The translations under genes and the position numbers were made by a program. From positions 72,751-136,750 of the forward strand of contig JAEOTO010000006.1 in assembly GCA_016839805.1 (NCBI GenBank): a stretch of 64,000 nucleotides of DNA. The letters run 5' to 3'. This DNA is from Candidatus Hermodarchaeota archaeon (lineage in GTDB: Archaea > Asgardarchaeota > Hermodarchaeia > Hermodarchaeales > Hermodarchaeaceae). A model generated the notes under the pieces. It ran no database searches. It had not been told where the DNA came from and saw only the letters and a program-made list of their open reading frames with translations. Numbering within the stretch: position 1 is the stretch's first letter; each line of letters opens with the position of its first letter. Shown piece after piece: positions 1-8,904 of the stretch.

Positions 1-757
1 GAATACCTAAATCTAATCCTCGGAAGTTGATAATCGTTCCTTGACCAGAGACAATCAAATCCTTTGGGTGAGTTCCAAGAAGAGCTTCGATAGGAAGGTC
101 TGCGCCAGGATTTGCATGCAGATCAGCAAATTCAATGACGCTCATCTCATAACTTCGTGGTTCCACATTAAACCGTTCATTACCCTCCTCTGCAGGAATC
201 TTCAAACTAGAATACTCGCCATGTCGGTCCAAGACAACTATCGGAATTCCTTTCTTCAAGAATTCTTCCATAATCACCGCAGTGGTGTAACTCTTTCCAC
301 TACCCGTTTTTCCAACAATAAATAATCGACCGAGCTGTTTAACAGGTAAACGTACAGGAACTGTATGGTCTGAAAGTTGACCTGCATACACTGACTCCTC
401 AATAGGGATATCGATGCCTAAGGCTGCGCTAACAATTCGTGGGCTGGCCTTATAGACTAACATCTCAGGATTAAAAGGTGTCCGAGGCATCGGACCAACA
501 ACACTACACTGTCCAGTAGTTTTCCCTTTCTCGCGCCATAATTCCTTACAGAGGAGCAAATACTCTTCGCCCTGATGTGTAATTGAGAGAAAATCATTTC
601 GTCCTACTTCTCCCGGCTTCGTTACCTGAATTCTAAGTGTATGTGTCGTCGTTTTACCGATGATTTCAGCGACTGGATCCATTTTCTCAGCCTTGGCTGA
701 TAAGGCTGAAGAGTTCTCGATCTTAGTAGGTGGTTCATCAGGTGGATTTGAAGACAT
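1..757 (-). CDS. HerA-like (DUF87) ATPase, 3' part runs off the window
   Basis: Not in the ORF track. Manual translation from ATG at 757: MSSNPPDEPP...LFIVGKTGSGKSYTTAVIMEE...IVVLDRHGEY, i.e. Walker A plus the HerA-type DxHGEY motif; frame open to base 1; upstream GAGGT SD. Confidence 0.85.
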   Translation of the reverse strand, partial: MSSNPPDEPPTKIENSSALSAKAEKMDPVAEIIGKTTTHTLRIQVTKPGEVGRNDFLSITHQGEEYLLLCKELWREKGKTTGQCSVVGPMPRTPFNPEMLVYKASPRIVSAALGIDIPIEESVYAGQLSDHTVPVRLPVKQLGRLFIVGKTGSGKSYTTAVIMEEFLKKGIPIVVLDRHGEYSSLKIPAEEGNERFNVEPRSYEMSVIEFADLHANPGADLPIEALLGTHPKDLIVSGQGTIINFRGLDLGI

Positions 758-982
758 CAAAATTACCTCATGCGTGTAAAGCCTTTGAAAGCACGCCCTT
801 ATAGACTTCGCGTGCTATGAAAAGCTTCATCTTTTTCGACCATTTTCTCGTAGAGAACCAAATGAGCTTCGCTTCTCCTACATCAATTGCATTAACACCT
901 TGATGACGTAAATTCCTATAGTCAGGTGCAACAGAACACTTTTTTCCTCATTATCCACAGTTCTGTAAGAGGGTTTTTTGCC

Positions 983-1618
983 TTGTCAACAGAGATTCCA
1001 ATCGGGGAACTATCACCTAGCCTTGCCTTTGGGGCCGCCTACTTCTGCATTTCTTCCATTGGTACACGCCTCACAAATATTGCGGAAACCTATACAGAGG
1101 AGGGCTTCTTTGGCACAGCCACAGTGGCCTTCCGTATGCCTAACACTGAGGATCGATTAGAAGTAACACTCCTTGTCGACTCAAAATCTCCCGCTATTCA
1201 ACTTGAACTTAGTGGAGGAGATGAAGAAAAACAACCAGAATACCTAAAGGAAATTGCACAACGCATCACTGAAACCCTGGAACTCTTCAGTAATGTTCCA
1301 GGCGTCAAATTGTCCCATGCCTCTAAAGCTGTCGTTGTTGAACGGAAAATTGACGAGTCACTCAATCAACTCCTTACTGACCCCGATTATCAAAAGGTCT
1401 ATGTTAAAGTCGCTGACGCTCGTGAACGCCTAATTCGTATTGGTGGTGACTTCCAACCCGCTACCCTCGAAATGGGCGCCATCTTGACGCCCCTTGCTGG
1501 CAAAACCGGACCCATACCACCAGAGGCGCATGAAGAGCTCGCTTTGAACCTGCTCCGATGGAAAAAAGAGATTAAGAAAGTCGTAAACCAGCTAACAACA
1601 GAAACGGATGAAGAATAA
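983..1618 (+). CDS. hypothetical protein
   Basis: Long ORF 926-1618; TTG at 983 follows an AGAGGG SD and is the preferred start. No recognised motif. Confidence 0.7.
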   Translation: MSTEIPIGELSPSLAFGAAYFCISSIGTRLTNIAETYTEEGFFGTATVAFRMPNTEDRLEVTLLVDSKSPAIQLELSGGDEEKQPEYLKEIAQRITETLELFSNVPGVKLSHASKAVVVERKIDESLNQLLTDPDYQKVYVKVADARERLIRIGGDFQPATLEMGAILTPLAGKTGPIPPEAHEELALNLLRWKKEIKKVVNQLTTETDEE

Positions 1619-1629
1619 CCCTCACAAGG

Positions 1630-1854
1630 CTATGCGCCATACCGCCACTTTTCCACTTTTTTATCCTTCTTTGTCTGCTTCTTGAATAGCTTGTAGTGTT
1701 TTTGACATAAATAGGTCCGTCGAGCCCGATTATCCTTCAACGATATCCCTGTTGACTGAAGTGCCTCTCTTGCTTTATCAGTGGCGAAGGATCGAACCGC
1801 CTTCTCCTCACATCCTTCCACACTGCAAACTGCGCCCTGCTTCACCTTACCCAT
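1630..1854 (-). CDS. small basic putative Zn-binding archaeal conserved protein
   Basis: MGKVKQGAVCSVEGC...YLCQKHY (C-x4-C...C-x2-H), Lys-rich tail; directly downstream of the 4Fe-4S gene. Confidence 0.7.
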   Translation of the reverse strand: MGKVKQGAVCSVEGCEEKAVRSFATDKAREALQSTGISLKDNRARRTYLCQKHYKLFKKQTKKDKKVEKWRYGA

Positions 1855-1875
1855 TCGACCACACCCCAAGTAGCT

Positions 1876-2982
1876 CTAAGCATACTCCACCTTGATAGCA
1901 TCATGACCACATTTTGCTGTACAATCTAAACACAGAATGCAGTCAGGACTGTAGATTTTTCCAAAAGGACGTTCAATCACATCAATACCTACTGGACATG
2001 CAGTTTTGCATCGTTGTCGATCGCAGGTGGGTCCCAGACATTCAGTGGCTGATCGGGACACGGTGAGGAAACTGAATTGCCCAACAAGGCCCATCATGGC
2101 ACCAACCGGGCAGATCCAACGGCAATAGGGGCGCCGGATAAAGAGAGCAATGAAAATGATAATTGCAAGGAAAATAATTCGAATCCACATAAGAGGGTTC
2201 CAAAAAATGGGTGGGGGATTCCACTGCGTCAGGATTGGAGAGACAATTCCAAATATCCAGAGGTAAGGAAGGATGACGAAGAATGTTCCTGATGGGCTAA
2301 GGACAGCCCAGAAGGCAGTACCGAAGGCTCCAAGAGTGGTCACCAACCCTTGTTCTATTCCAAGAAATGTCGAACTCCCGACCCAAGCTACCATGAATAG
2401 GGTGATGAAAAGGATGATGTATTTAATTCGAGAGAGTTGACGATCAGTATTTTTTGAGGGATATCGAGTTCGAATCGGAGTGAGAGCGAAGAGGTCTTGA
2501 ACAAAACCGAAGGGACAAATCCATCCGCAGAAACTTCGACCTACTAAAATAGGAACAATAAAAATAACGCCGACAGCGATGAAGGGAAACACGCCTGCTT
2601 GACCGATGAATTGAATCATGTCAAAGTACCCAGTTGCGGTGCCTTGTGCTATTCCTTGTGGCATATCAAAAGGCATAGGAATATACCCAAAAATTGGGAT
2701 TAGATACGCGACCCCTGCAAAGATAGTGGAGAACAAGGGGTCGTATCCTAATACAAAAACAATACCTGCATAGAATAATAATAGAAAGGCGATGAGCTGG
2801 ACTACGAATCGAATAATGCGAATGGCAAGCAATTCGTCAAAGGCTTTCTTCACCCAGTAGTGGAGGGTTTTATGTGGACGGCTCTTTTCTAGAAGGATTT
2901 TCTTCCATCGGGTAAATACTCGGCCAATGCGGACCCAGAAGCGTTCTGTTTCCTCTGGTGTTTCGGCTTCGTTTTCGCTCAT
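1876..2982 (-). CDS. membrane 4Fe-4S binding protein (NapH/MauN-like)
   Basis: Two CxxxCP motifs (GRSFCGWICPFG, RPYCRWICPVG), several TM helices, C-terminal ferredoxin (CKTACP, CILCLDCTAKC). Start moved to ATG 2982 after a GAGGAG SD. Confidence 0.85.
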   Translation of the reverse strand: MSENEAETPEETERFWVRIGRVFTRWKKILLEKSRPHKTLHYWVKKAFDELLAIRIIRFVVQLIAFLLLFYAGIVFVLGYDPLFSTIFAGVAYLIPIFGYIPMPFDMPQGIAQGTATGYFDMIQFIGQAGVFPFIAVGVIFIVPILVGRSFCGWICPFGFVQDLFALTPIRTRYPSKNTDRQLSRIKYIILFITLFMVAWVGSSTFLGIEQGLVTTLGAFGTAFWAVLSPSGTFFVILPYLWIFGIVSPILTQWNPPPIFWNPLMWIRIIFLAIIIFIALFIRRPYCRWICPVGAMMGLVGQFSFLTVSRSATECLGPTCDRQRCKTACPVGIDVIERPFGKIYSPDCILCLDCTAKCGHDAIKVEYA

Positions 2983-2995
2983 TTTCTTACTCTCC

Positions 2996-3151
2996 TCAGG
3001 GTAGTAGCGGTTGTGGGAAGTAAGGTGCATATGCATCGGAGAAGACTTGGAGCCATGAGCGAACGATCTCATGTTGCCCGAGACTTAATCCGAAAGCGAG
3101 GGCTGCAAAACCTATGCAGAGGATGGCAATAGCAATGACTCGTCGGTTCAT
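2996..3151 (-). CDS. 51-aa single-TM small protein
   Basis: Not in the ORF track: MNRRVIAIAILCIGFAALAFGLSLGQHEIVRSWLQVFSDAYAPYFPQPLLP*, GAGGT SD, stop codon overlaps the SD of the next gene. Confidence 0.65.
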   Translation of the reverse strand: MNRRVIAIAILCIGFAALAFGLSLGQHEIVRSWLQVFSDAYAPYFPQPLLP

Positions 3152-3245
3152 GAATACTTACCTCTGGTGAGAGGTTCAGAAATGCACTAGCGTATAAAAT
3201 GTTTTGCGTTGGGTCGAGCTTTTCTACTTCACGAGGAAAATTTGG

Positions 3246-3998
3246 TTAGAAATCGCGTAGAACGGTTTCGAAGATTTCGACTTGGTGTCCAAGAACTTTG
3301 GACCGTTTCTCTAATTTTGTTTTCCGAGACTTATAATCCGTTTCTTTGACTTCACCCACAGAGTGACGGGCATCTAAAAGCGATAATTCATCTCGGACTG
3401 CCTTATACTGAGCTTTGAGTAGTGCCAACCATTCACGGGCTATGACGACTTGTTCCTGATATTGAGCATCAGTTTCAGATTGGTTCTTCTTATACTCTTC
3501 CTGGAGCCGTAGATAGACACTTTCACGAACTTTGCCCTCCTCCTTAAGCCCCTCCAGTTTCTCAATCCGATCTTTCCATCGGTGGCGCTCCTTGCCTGCC
3601 TTTTCAAAATTAAATTCTTTGACCTTAGCTTTCAGTTTCTTTTCACGGGCCTTCAAAGCCTTAATCTTCTTTTGCAAAGGTTTGATTTCCTTTTCTAACT
3701 CAGCAATCGACCGATCGCCTTGCTCTAACTCTTTATCGAGCTTTTCTAATTCTTTAAGAAGCTCTGTTTCTTCTTCTTCCAAGCTCATTATTTCAGATCG
3801 AGCTTCCAACTGTCTAAGCACTTCGGCAGGCACTTCAGTAACAGGCTCTCGATCTGGCACCACAGGTACTGCCCGACTAGTAGTCACTGGGCGAGATACC
3901 GGAGTCGACACAGATGGACCTAATTTGGCACCGCAATATTTACAAAACTTCGCTGAATCCTTCACCGATTGCCCGCAGTTAGAACATATACGTGGCAT
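3246..3998 (-). CDS. zinc-ribbon + CdvA-like coiled-coil protein
   Basis: N-terminal CSNCG-x9-CKYCG ribbon; coiled coil with two SHOCT/CdvA-like motifs (LKEEGKVRESVY, ARHSVGEVKETDY). Confidence 0.7.
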   Translation of the reverse strand: MPRICSNCGQSVKDSAKFCKYCGAKLGPSVSTPVSRPVTTSRAVPVVPDREPVTEVPAEVLRQLEARSEIMSLEEEETELLKELEKLDKELEQGDRSIAELEKEIKPLQKKIKALKAREKKLKAKVKEFNFEKAGKERHRWKDRIEKLEGLKEEGKVRESVYLRLQEEYKKNQSETDAQYQEQVVIAREWLALLKAQYKAVRDELSLLDARHSVGEVKETDYKSRKTKLEKRSKVLGHQVEIFETVLRDF

Positions 3999-4143
3999 AC
4001 ACTCACCTGCCGAATCTCTTATAATTTCACACCTAAAATCCTTCGCTAACCCAAATTTTACATTACAAAAAATATCAAAATTTCCGTAAAGTATATGCCC
4101 ACGAAGTTAGCACCACTACATGAACATAAGAGGGACAGGAACG

Positions 4144-5034
4144 ATGCAATTCGATCTGTTTAGCTTCATCCTAACCTATTGGTGGATTATCGTAATCCTC
4201 GTCTTCATCATCATACTCCTTCTCATCGTCCCCTTCATCAAAATCCTCAAAGAGTACGAACGAGCCGTCATCTTCCGCCTCGGACGCGCCGTACCCGGCG
4301 TCAAAGGCCCCGGAGTTGTCATCCTACTACCAATTCTGGACAAAATGGTCAAAGTCGATCTCCGCGAACAATACTTCGAAATCGAACACCAACGCTGTAT
4401 CACCAGTGACAACGCCCCCGTCGACATCGACCTCCTCATCTACCACCGCGTCATCAACGCCCGAGACAGCGTCCTCCGCATCCGCGACTTCAGCGGCGCC
4501 GCCCTCGGCATCAGCCAAACCACCCTACGCGCCGTCGTCGGCGACATCACCCTCGACGACGTCCTCGCCAAACGCGAATACATCAACAGCATACTCCGAG
4601 AAAAACTCGACGAAAACACTGAGCCATGGGGTGTCAAAGTTACTAAGGTGGAAATCCGTGAGATTCTTCCTCCTACGAAGGTAAATGAGGCGATGATCAT
4701 GCAGATGGAAGCCGAGAGGCGACGTCGTGCTATGGTCACGGAGGCTGCGGGTAAACGTGAGGCGACGATTGCTGTTGCTGAGGGTGATAAGCGGTCTGCG
4801 ATTCTGAAAGCTGAGGGTGACAGGGAGGCTTCTATTCTTCGGGCTGAAGGTGAAGCGCTGGCTTTACAGAAGGTCTTCGATGTTGCGAAGGGTATTGATG
4901 AGAAGACAATGACGCTTCAGTACCTGAATACCTTACAGGTTATTGGCGCAAGTGAGAGTACGAAGTATGTGATTCCCATCGAGTTTACCCAGCTCATTTC
5001 GCCGATTCAAAAATTCTTGAAGGCTGTCAAGTAG
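4144..5034 (+). CDS. SPFH/band 7 (stomatin/slipin-like) membrane protein
   Basis: N-terminal TM, EYERAVIFRLG, QTTLRAVVG, WGVKVTKVEI, QMEAERRRRA, AEG repeats. Confidence 0.92.
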   Translation: MQFDLFSFILTYWWIIVILVFIIILLLIVPFIKILKEYERAVIFRLGRAVPGVKGPGVVILLPILDKMVKVDLREQYFEIEHQRCITSDNAPVDIDLLIYHRVINARDSVLRIRDFSGAALGISQTTLRAVVGDITLDDVLAKREYINSILREKLDENTEPWGVKVTKVEIREILPPTKVNEAMIMQMEAERRRRAMVTEAAGKREATIAVAEGDKRSAILKAEGDREASILRAEGEALALQKVFDVAKGIDEKTMTLQYLNTLQVIGASESTKYVIPIEFTQLISPIQKFLKAVK

Positions 5035-5055
5035 GACTGGTTTACGATATTCCCT

Positions 5056-5082
5056 GAGCCAGGTAGACGTTCTACCTGGTTC
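5056..5082. terminator. stem-loop between convergent genes
   Basis: GAGCCAGGTAGA-CGT-TCTACCTGGTTC, 12-bp stem with one G-T pair, between stops at 5034 (+) and 5101 (-). Confidence 0.5.
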
Positions 5083-5100
5083 CTCGTCTCATATTACGTG

Positions 5101-5412
5101 CTATTTGGCCGCGGCTTGAATCTTTTCCTTGGCTGTTTCTCGGGTATCGTTATCCAAGACAGTGGTGTAGGAGTCATAGCCAGGTAGGCCGGTGGTGATT
5201 TCTTCGATGAGGAGCATGAGGGCTTTTTCGGCATCAAGGTCCCGTACTTCAAGGCTGGCATCATCAAAGATGAAACTTGCTTCTTTCCATTTCCCTTCTC
5301 CGATTTGATACATCAAATACAGGTAATCATCAGTCATGAGTATGGCGGATTTGACTTTCCATGCTTCTTCTAAGATTTCGAGAGTTTTGTTGGCGTTCTC
5401 CTCTTTGCTCAT
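5101..5412 (-). CDS. hypothetical acidic protein
   Basis: 103-aa ORF with ATG, protein-like composition, no recognised motif. Confidence 0.7.
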   Translation of the reverse strand: MSKEENANKTLEILEEAWKVKSAILMTDDYLYLMYQIGEGKWKEASFIFDDASLEVRDLDAEKALMLLIEEITTGLPGYDSYTTVLDNDTRETAKEKIQAAAK

Positions 5413-5493
5413 GAGACATCACTTCAGTGTAAGTGTACTTTACATTGGCGCATAAAAATCCGGTGGTAAAAAAGTGGTGGTTCTTACAAGGAT

Positions 5494-6054
5494 TTAGGGT
5501 TTGATCCAGGAGAAAACGAAGTAGCGGATTTTCCCTTTTTCGGTGGAAGTGGCTAGGACAAATCGTTTCCGTACGGAGGTGGCGAGTCGACCAGCACGGA
5601 CAACTTCGATGGCTGAGACTTCATCGGATTTCGCAATTACCTCGACGATGAAAAGCGAATGATCGATACCCGGACCTTGCCGGTAAACTGCAAAATCTGC
5701 TCCAAATTTGAGTCCCGGGCGAACGACGAATCCGCGTTTTCTGAGGTCCTCATACACCTGGTACTTCCGACTGAAATCTTGATGGTGCTCCTCAGCGATG
5801 GCAATTAGTCTCCTTTCGTCTAATGGAGCTTTAGGGTCCTCTATGAATATCTCGATGGTGCCCTTACGAAGTAGGTGAAGAGCTTCGAAGAAGGATAGTT
5901 GGGAGGGGCGGTCGAATTCAGTGGTTTTAGGCTTTCGAATGCCAAGTGGTTTGCCATAGAATCCATTGCTATATAGCTTTGAACCGTCTGCGGGGTCCCA
6001 GACAATGACTTTGTTTTCTACAATTTGGGTTGGAATACGTTGCGTGGCTGGCAT
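5494..6054 (-). CDS. endA: tRNA-intron (splicing) endonuclease, catalytic subunit
   Basis: VYEDLRKRGFVVRPGLKFGADFAVY...GPGIDHS...TSVRK: Tyr/His/Lys triad present. Confidence 0.93.
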   Translation of the reverse strand: MPATQRIPTQIVENKVIVWDPADGSKLYSNGFYGKPLGIRKPKTTEFDRPSQLSFFEALHLLRKGTIEIFIEDPKAPLDERRLIAIAEEHHQDFSRKYQVYEDLRKRGFVVRPGLKFGADFAVYRQGPGIDHSLFIVEVIAKSDEVSAIEVVRAGRLATSVRKRFVLATSTEKGKIRYFVFSWIKP

Positions 6055-6112
6055 TATAAATTACCTGGAATTCGACTGAGGTATTCAGAGGATTGGTGAT
6101 TTAAAAGGAGTC

Positions 6113-6766
6113 CTATGGAATCCGAGCAATTGCGATAATTCTGACTGCGTCAGCAGCATCTTCAGCAGCGTCCGCAATTTCCTCAAGATGTTGTCCTAAA
6201 TCCTTTAGGCGTAATAAGACTTTGATATCAAGATTGGACTGATAGAGGAACTGTCCAAATTTGCGATGAGCAGCATCAGCATCTCGCTCAGCTGAATCAA
6301 CTTCCATGGCCATTTCAACGGCTTTGTCAGAGTTCTGCTTTAAGAACAGAATAGCCTGCCTCATCTTATATACAGCATCAGAAAGCGCATCCAACATCGC
6401 TTTGAAGTGTCCTCGTGTCTTCTTATCAGGTTGAAATTCTTCAAGACCTGAAAGGTCCCAGGCTGAAGCCTCACAAAGATCAGCGATATCGTCAGTTCGC
6501 ATGACTAAACGGAAGTAATCACTTCGTCGGAGCATCGTTTCTGCAACGGATAATTCATCCAAAATTACTCGTTTGATACTGTCAGCTTTCCGTTCCAGTT
6601 TCGCTAGTTTGTTAAAATGGTCACGGTGTCGTCCCTTTTTTCCTTCCATCCAGTCTTCAATCATGACGCGGAGGGCTTTTGCCGCTTGTAGAACAACACC
6701 CGCATGATCTTGAGCAATAGCTATTGCTTTGTATTCAGCACGATTTCCTGCGCGTTCTAAGGTCAC
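6113..6766 (-). CDS. DUF47 / PhoU-like phosphate transport regulator family protein
   Basis: Repeated LERKAD..K / AERDAD / DDIAD..E / EEIAD..ED motifs. Confidence 0.85.
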   Translation of the reverse strand: MTLERAGNRAEYKAIAIAQDHAGVVLQAAKALRVMIEDWMEGKKGRHRDHFNKLAKLERKADSIKRVILDELSVAETMLRRSDYFRLVMRTDDIADLCEASAWDLSGLEEFQPDKKTRGHFKAMLDALSDAVYKMRQAILFLKQNSDKAVEMAMEVDSAERDADAAHRKFGQFLYQSNLDIKVLLRLKDLGQHLEEIADAAEDAADAVRIIAIARIP

Positions 6767-6834
6767 GTTCGTTCAACCTCTCGGCGTGGGTGGGTCAGGT
6801 ACACCTCTATTAAAGCCTATCGTATGCACTTTAT

Positions 6835-7052
6835 CAAAAGTTGTGAGAAGAACCCGTCCGTCAGGGCGGGGAGGAATCGCGGAGTTTAAAAGGCTCGATA
6901 AATAGACACGGGTGAGGTCCCGGTTGGGAGCCGAGAACCAAGGCGTACTTGACCGGGCAATATCGCCGGAACGGTGAGTAGAGCCTGTGGACCAGTCGGC
7001 ACTAGTCGATGGCGTGAAGCAGGAAACCCCCCTTCAGGTCGGGGTAGTTCAC
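6835..7052 (+). mobile_element. non-autonomous IS200/IS605-derived miniature element (no ORF)
   Basis: Left-end hairpin CCCGTCCGTCAGGGCGGG after TTTAT (6830-6834); right end GAAGCAGGAAACCCCCCTTCAGGTCGGGGTAGTTCAC; deleting 6835-7052 restores in-frame TGA TAA for uppP. Confidence 0.85.
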
Positions 7053-7070
7053 CATGGAACTCCGAAAATT
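6950..7070 (+). ncRNA. putative TnpB omegaRNA (reRNA) scaffold plus flank-derived guide; limits approximate
   Basis: GCCTGTGGA...GAAGCAGGAA followed by the terminal hairpin and TCAC resembles TnpB right-end RNAs; internal TTTAAAA near 6885 could be a TATA box. Confidence 0.5.
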
Positions 7071-7900
7071 ATTGTAGGAATCGTGAGAATCAAGACAATG
7101 GCTCCTAAAATGACACAAAAGATCCACCATGGAATACGTACGGCGGAGTATCGAAGTACCGTTAGTACTCCTAAACCAGTGAGAAAAGCTACTATCACCA
7201 TCATTGCGAAAAATGTCCAAGGTAGAACAAAAAGTGCTTCGCCAAAGATGAGGTCAAGAGCCACTACACCAAAAGTCGCGGGAACGGCTAAAATGAAGCT
7301 CAAGCGAAGTGCTTCTTCGCGCTTTACGCCCCGAACTAGTAACCAGGTTAATGTCATTCCCGACCGGCTAATTCCTGGTAACACGGCAATTCCTTGAAGT
7401 AATCCTAACACGAAGGCTTCTCTAAGGGAGATGTCGATTAGTAACAAATCACCCTGAACACCTCGCTGAAAATACAACACCACACCTGTAACAATCAAAA
7501 GGATTCCAACAAAAGCCGTGATCACATTTCCCAAGAAGTATGTTACAAATCCTTGGAGAAAAAAGTACAACGGCAAAGCCACAACAACAGTACCAAGTGT
7601 GCCTACAATTACAAAAACAAAGAGTGGACCAAACAACTTCTTTGAGCTTGTTTTTGTAGTCATTTCTTCCTTTGTTGGAGGTGATATTCGCGCGTATAAC
7701 GGACTAAAAATATCGCGGTGATAAAAGACAATGATTGTGAAAGCTGTACCAAGATGCAACCAGAAGATAAGCGAGAGTGTAAAAGCGGCGTCAAAATGAT
7801 ATATGTTAACAGCAACAAGCAATATCTGCCCCTCACTGCTCACTGGTAGAAACTCAAGCAGACCCTGCATCAGCGCTAGCAAAAGAAGCGGAATAATCAT
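7049..7900 (-). CDS. uppP: undecaprenyl/polyprenyl-diphosphate phosphatase (BacA family)
   Basis: QGLLEFLPVSSEG, HLGT, QGIAVLPGISRSGMT, LSFILAVP motifs; ATG 7900 after AGGTGA. Confidence 0.92.
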   Translation of the reverse strand: MIIPLLLLALMQGLLEFLPVSSEGQILLVAVNIYHFDAAFTLSLIFWLHLGTAFTIIVFYHRDIFSPLYARISPPTKEEMTTKTSSKKLFGPLFVFVIVGTLGTVVVALPLYFFLQGFVTYFLGNVITAFVGILLIVTGVVLYFQRGVQGDLLLIDISLREAFVLGLLQGIAVLPGISRSGMTLTWLLVRGVKREEALRLSFILAVPATFGVVALDLIFGEALFVLPWTFFAMMVIVAFLTGLGVLTVLRYSAVRIPWWIFCVILGAIVLILTIPTIIFGVPW

Positions 7901-8083
7901 ACTCGCCTTCACCTATGCTAGTCACCGATGAGACGAACTTCACCTATAAGGATTATCAGTCAAACCGCGGACCAAAAAGCACACAATCAATCCAAACAGT
8001 TACCCCTTATTGTTCCTTTCTGCTTTTTATTGAAGGCGAATCGCTTAAAACCTGCCGTTGTCAAATTCTTTCGAGGATTGGCA

Positions 8084-8446
8084 GTGGATAACGATCAGAA
8101 GACCCCCTCAATTAAAAATAAGAAATTAACTGTCCTTCGTGAAATCGTACAAGGAGATCTCACCAGACGCGAAATTCTACGGTGTCTTAGCGATGGGATG
8201 TGGCACACAACTTCCGAACTAGCACGGTACGCGCGAAAAACCAATCCTGTCATGGGGCTGGTGACAGTTGGTACCATTCTTAGTCGAATGCGAGAACAAC
8301 TGGGGGAACACTTCTTAGAACAAATGGTCCAGAAAGCGGAAGAAGGCATTACTTCTTGGCGGATTGGTGTGGATTGGCTGGATATTGTTAACGAAGCCCT
8401 TAAAGAAGATGAAACGCCATCGAGTTCATCAATTTTTAACGCTTGA
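8084..8446 (+). CDS. winged-helix-like DNA-binding protein
   Basis: RREILRCLSDGMWHTTSELA...VGTILSRM; GTG 8084 after a GAGG SD. Confidence 0.65.
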   Translation: MDNDQKTPSIKNKKLTVLREIVQGDLTRREILRCLSDGMWHTTSELARYARKTNPVMGLVTVGTILSRMREQLGEHFLEQMVQKAEEGITSWRIGVDWLDIVNEALKEDETPSSSSIFNA

Positions 8447-8577
8447 GCTAACCCTTTTACTTCATTTGGAAAACACAGGGCTTAACACAGCCTCCACTAA
8501 TAATCGGTCTTTTTATCGGTGTAAAACTTAAGTAGGAGCAGTAAGAACGGTTATTTTAGAAAAAAAGGGTGTAGTAA

Positions 8578-8817
8578 ATGCCGAGAGAAAAAACCACTCG
8601 TGTTATTCCGCTTGCTCCCATTGATCGCCTTATCCGGAAAGCCGGTGCCGAACGGGTTAGTGAACATGCAGCTACTGAACTAGGTGAAGTCCTCGAGGAA
8701 CTAGGGATTGATATCGCAACTATAGCGAAAGAACTCTCTGAATTTGCTGGGCGAAAAACCGTTACCCGTAAAGATGTGCGACTTGCCTATAAACAGTGGA
8801 AGAAGACCCGACGCTAA
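8578..8817 (+). CDS. archaeal histone (HMf-type)
   Basis: IPLAPIDRLIRKAGAERVS...AGRKTVTRKDVRLA histone-fold signature. Confidence 0.95.
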   Translation: MPREKTTRVIPLAPIDRLIRKAGAERVSEHAATELGEVLEELGIDIATIAKELSEFAGRKTVTRKDVRLAYKQWKKTRR

Positions 8818-8904
8818 TTCCCTGACTAGACAAGGAACATTCTCAAGACTTTAAATGGGTTCAATAGCACAATCTTAGTCAATATTCTTTTTTAGGTGAA
8901 CATG

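Noticed and set aside
41-325. 94-aa plus-strand ORF
   Set aside because: Antisense to the HerA-like gene, which has clear motifs.
6850-7050. tRNA or SRP/RNase P RNA in the GC-rich intergenic stretch near endA
   Set aside because: No cloverleaf or T-loop; the ends match IS200/IS605 hairpins and the empty-site reconstruction works.
6987-7397. 136-aa plus-strand ORF starting inside the mini-element
   Set aside because: Antisense to uppP with no protein-like motifs.
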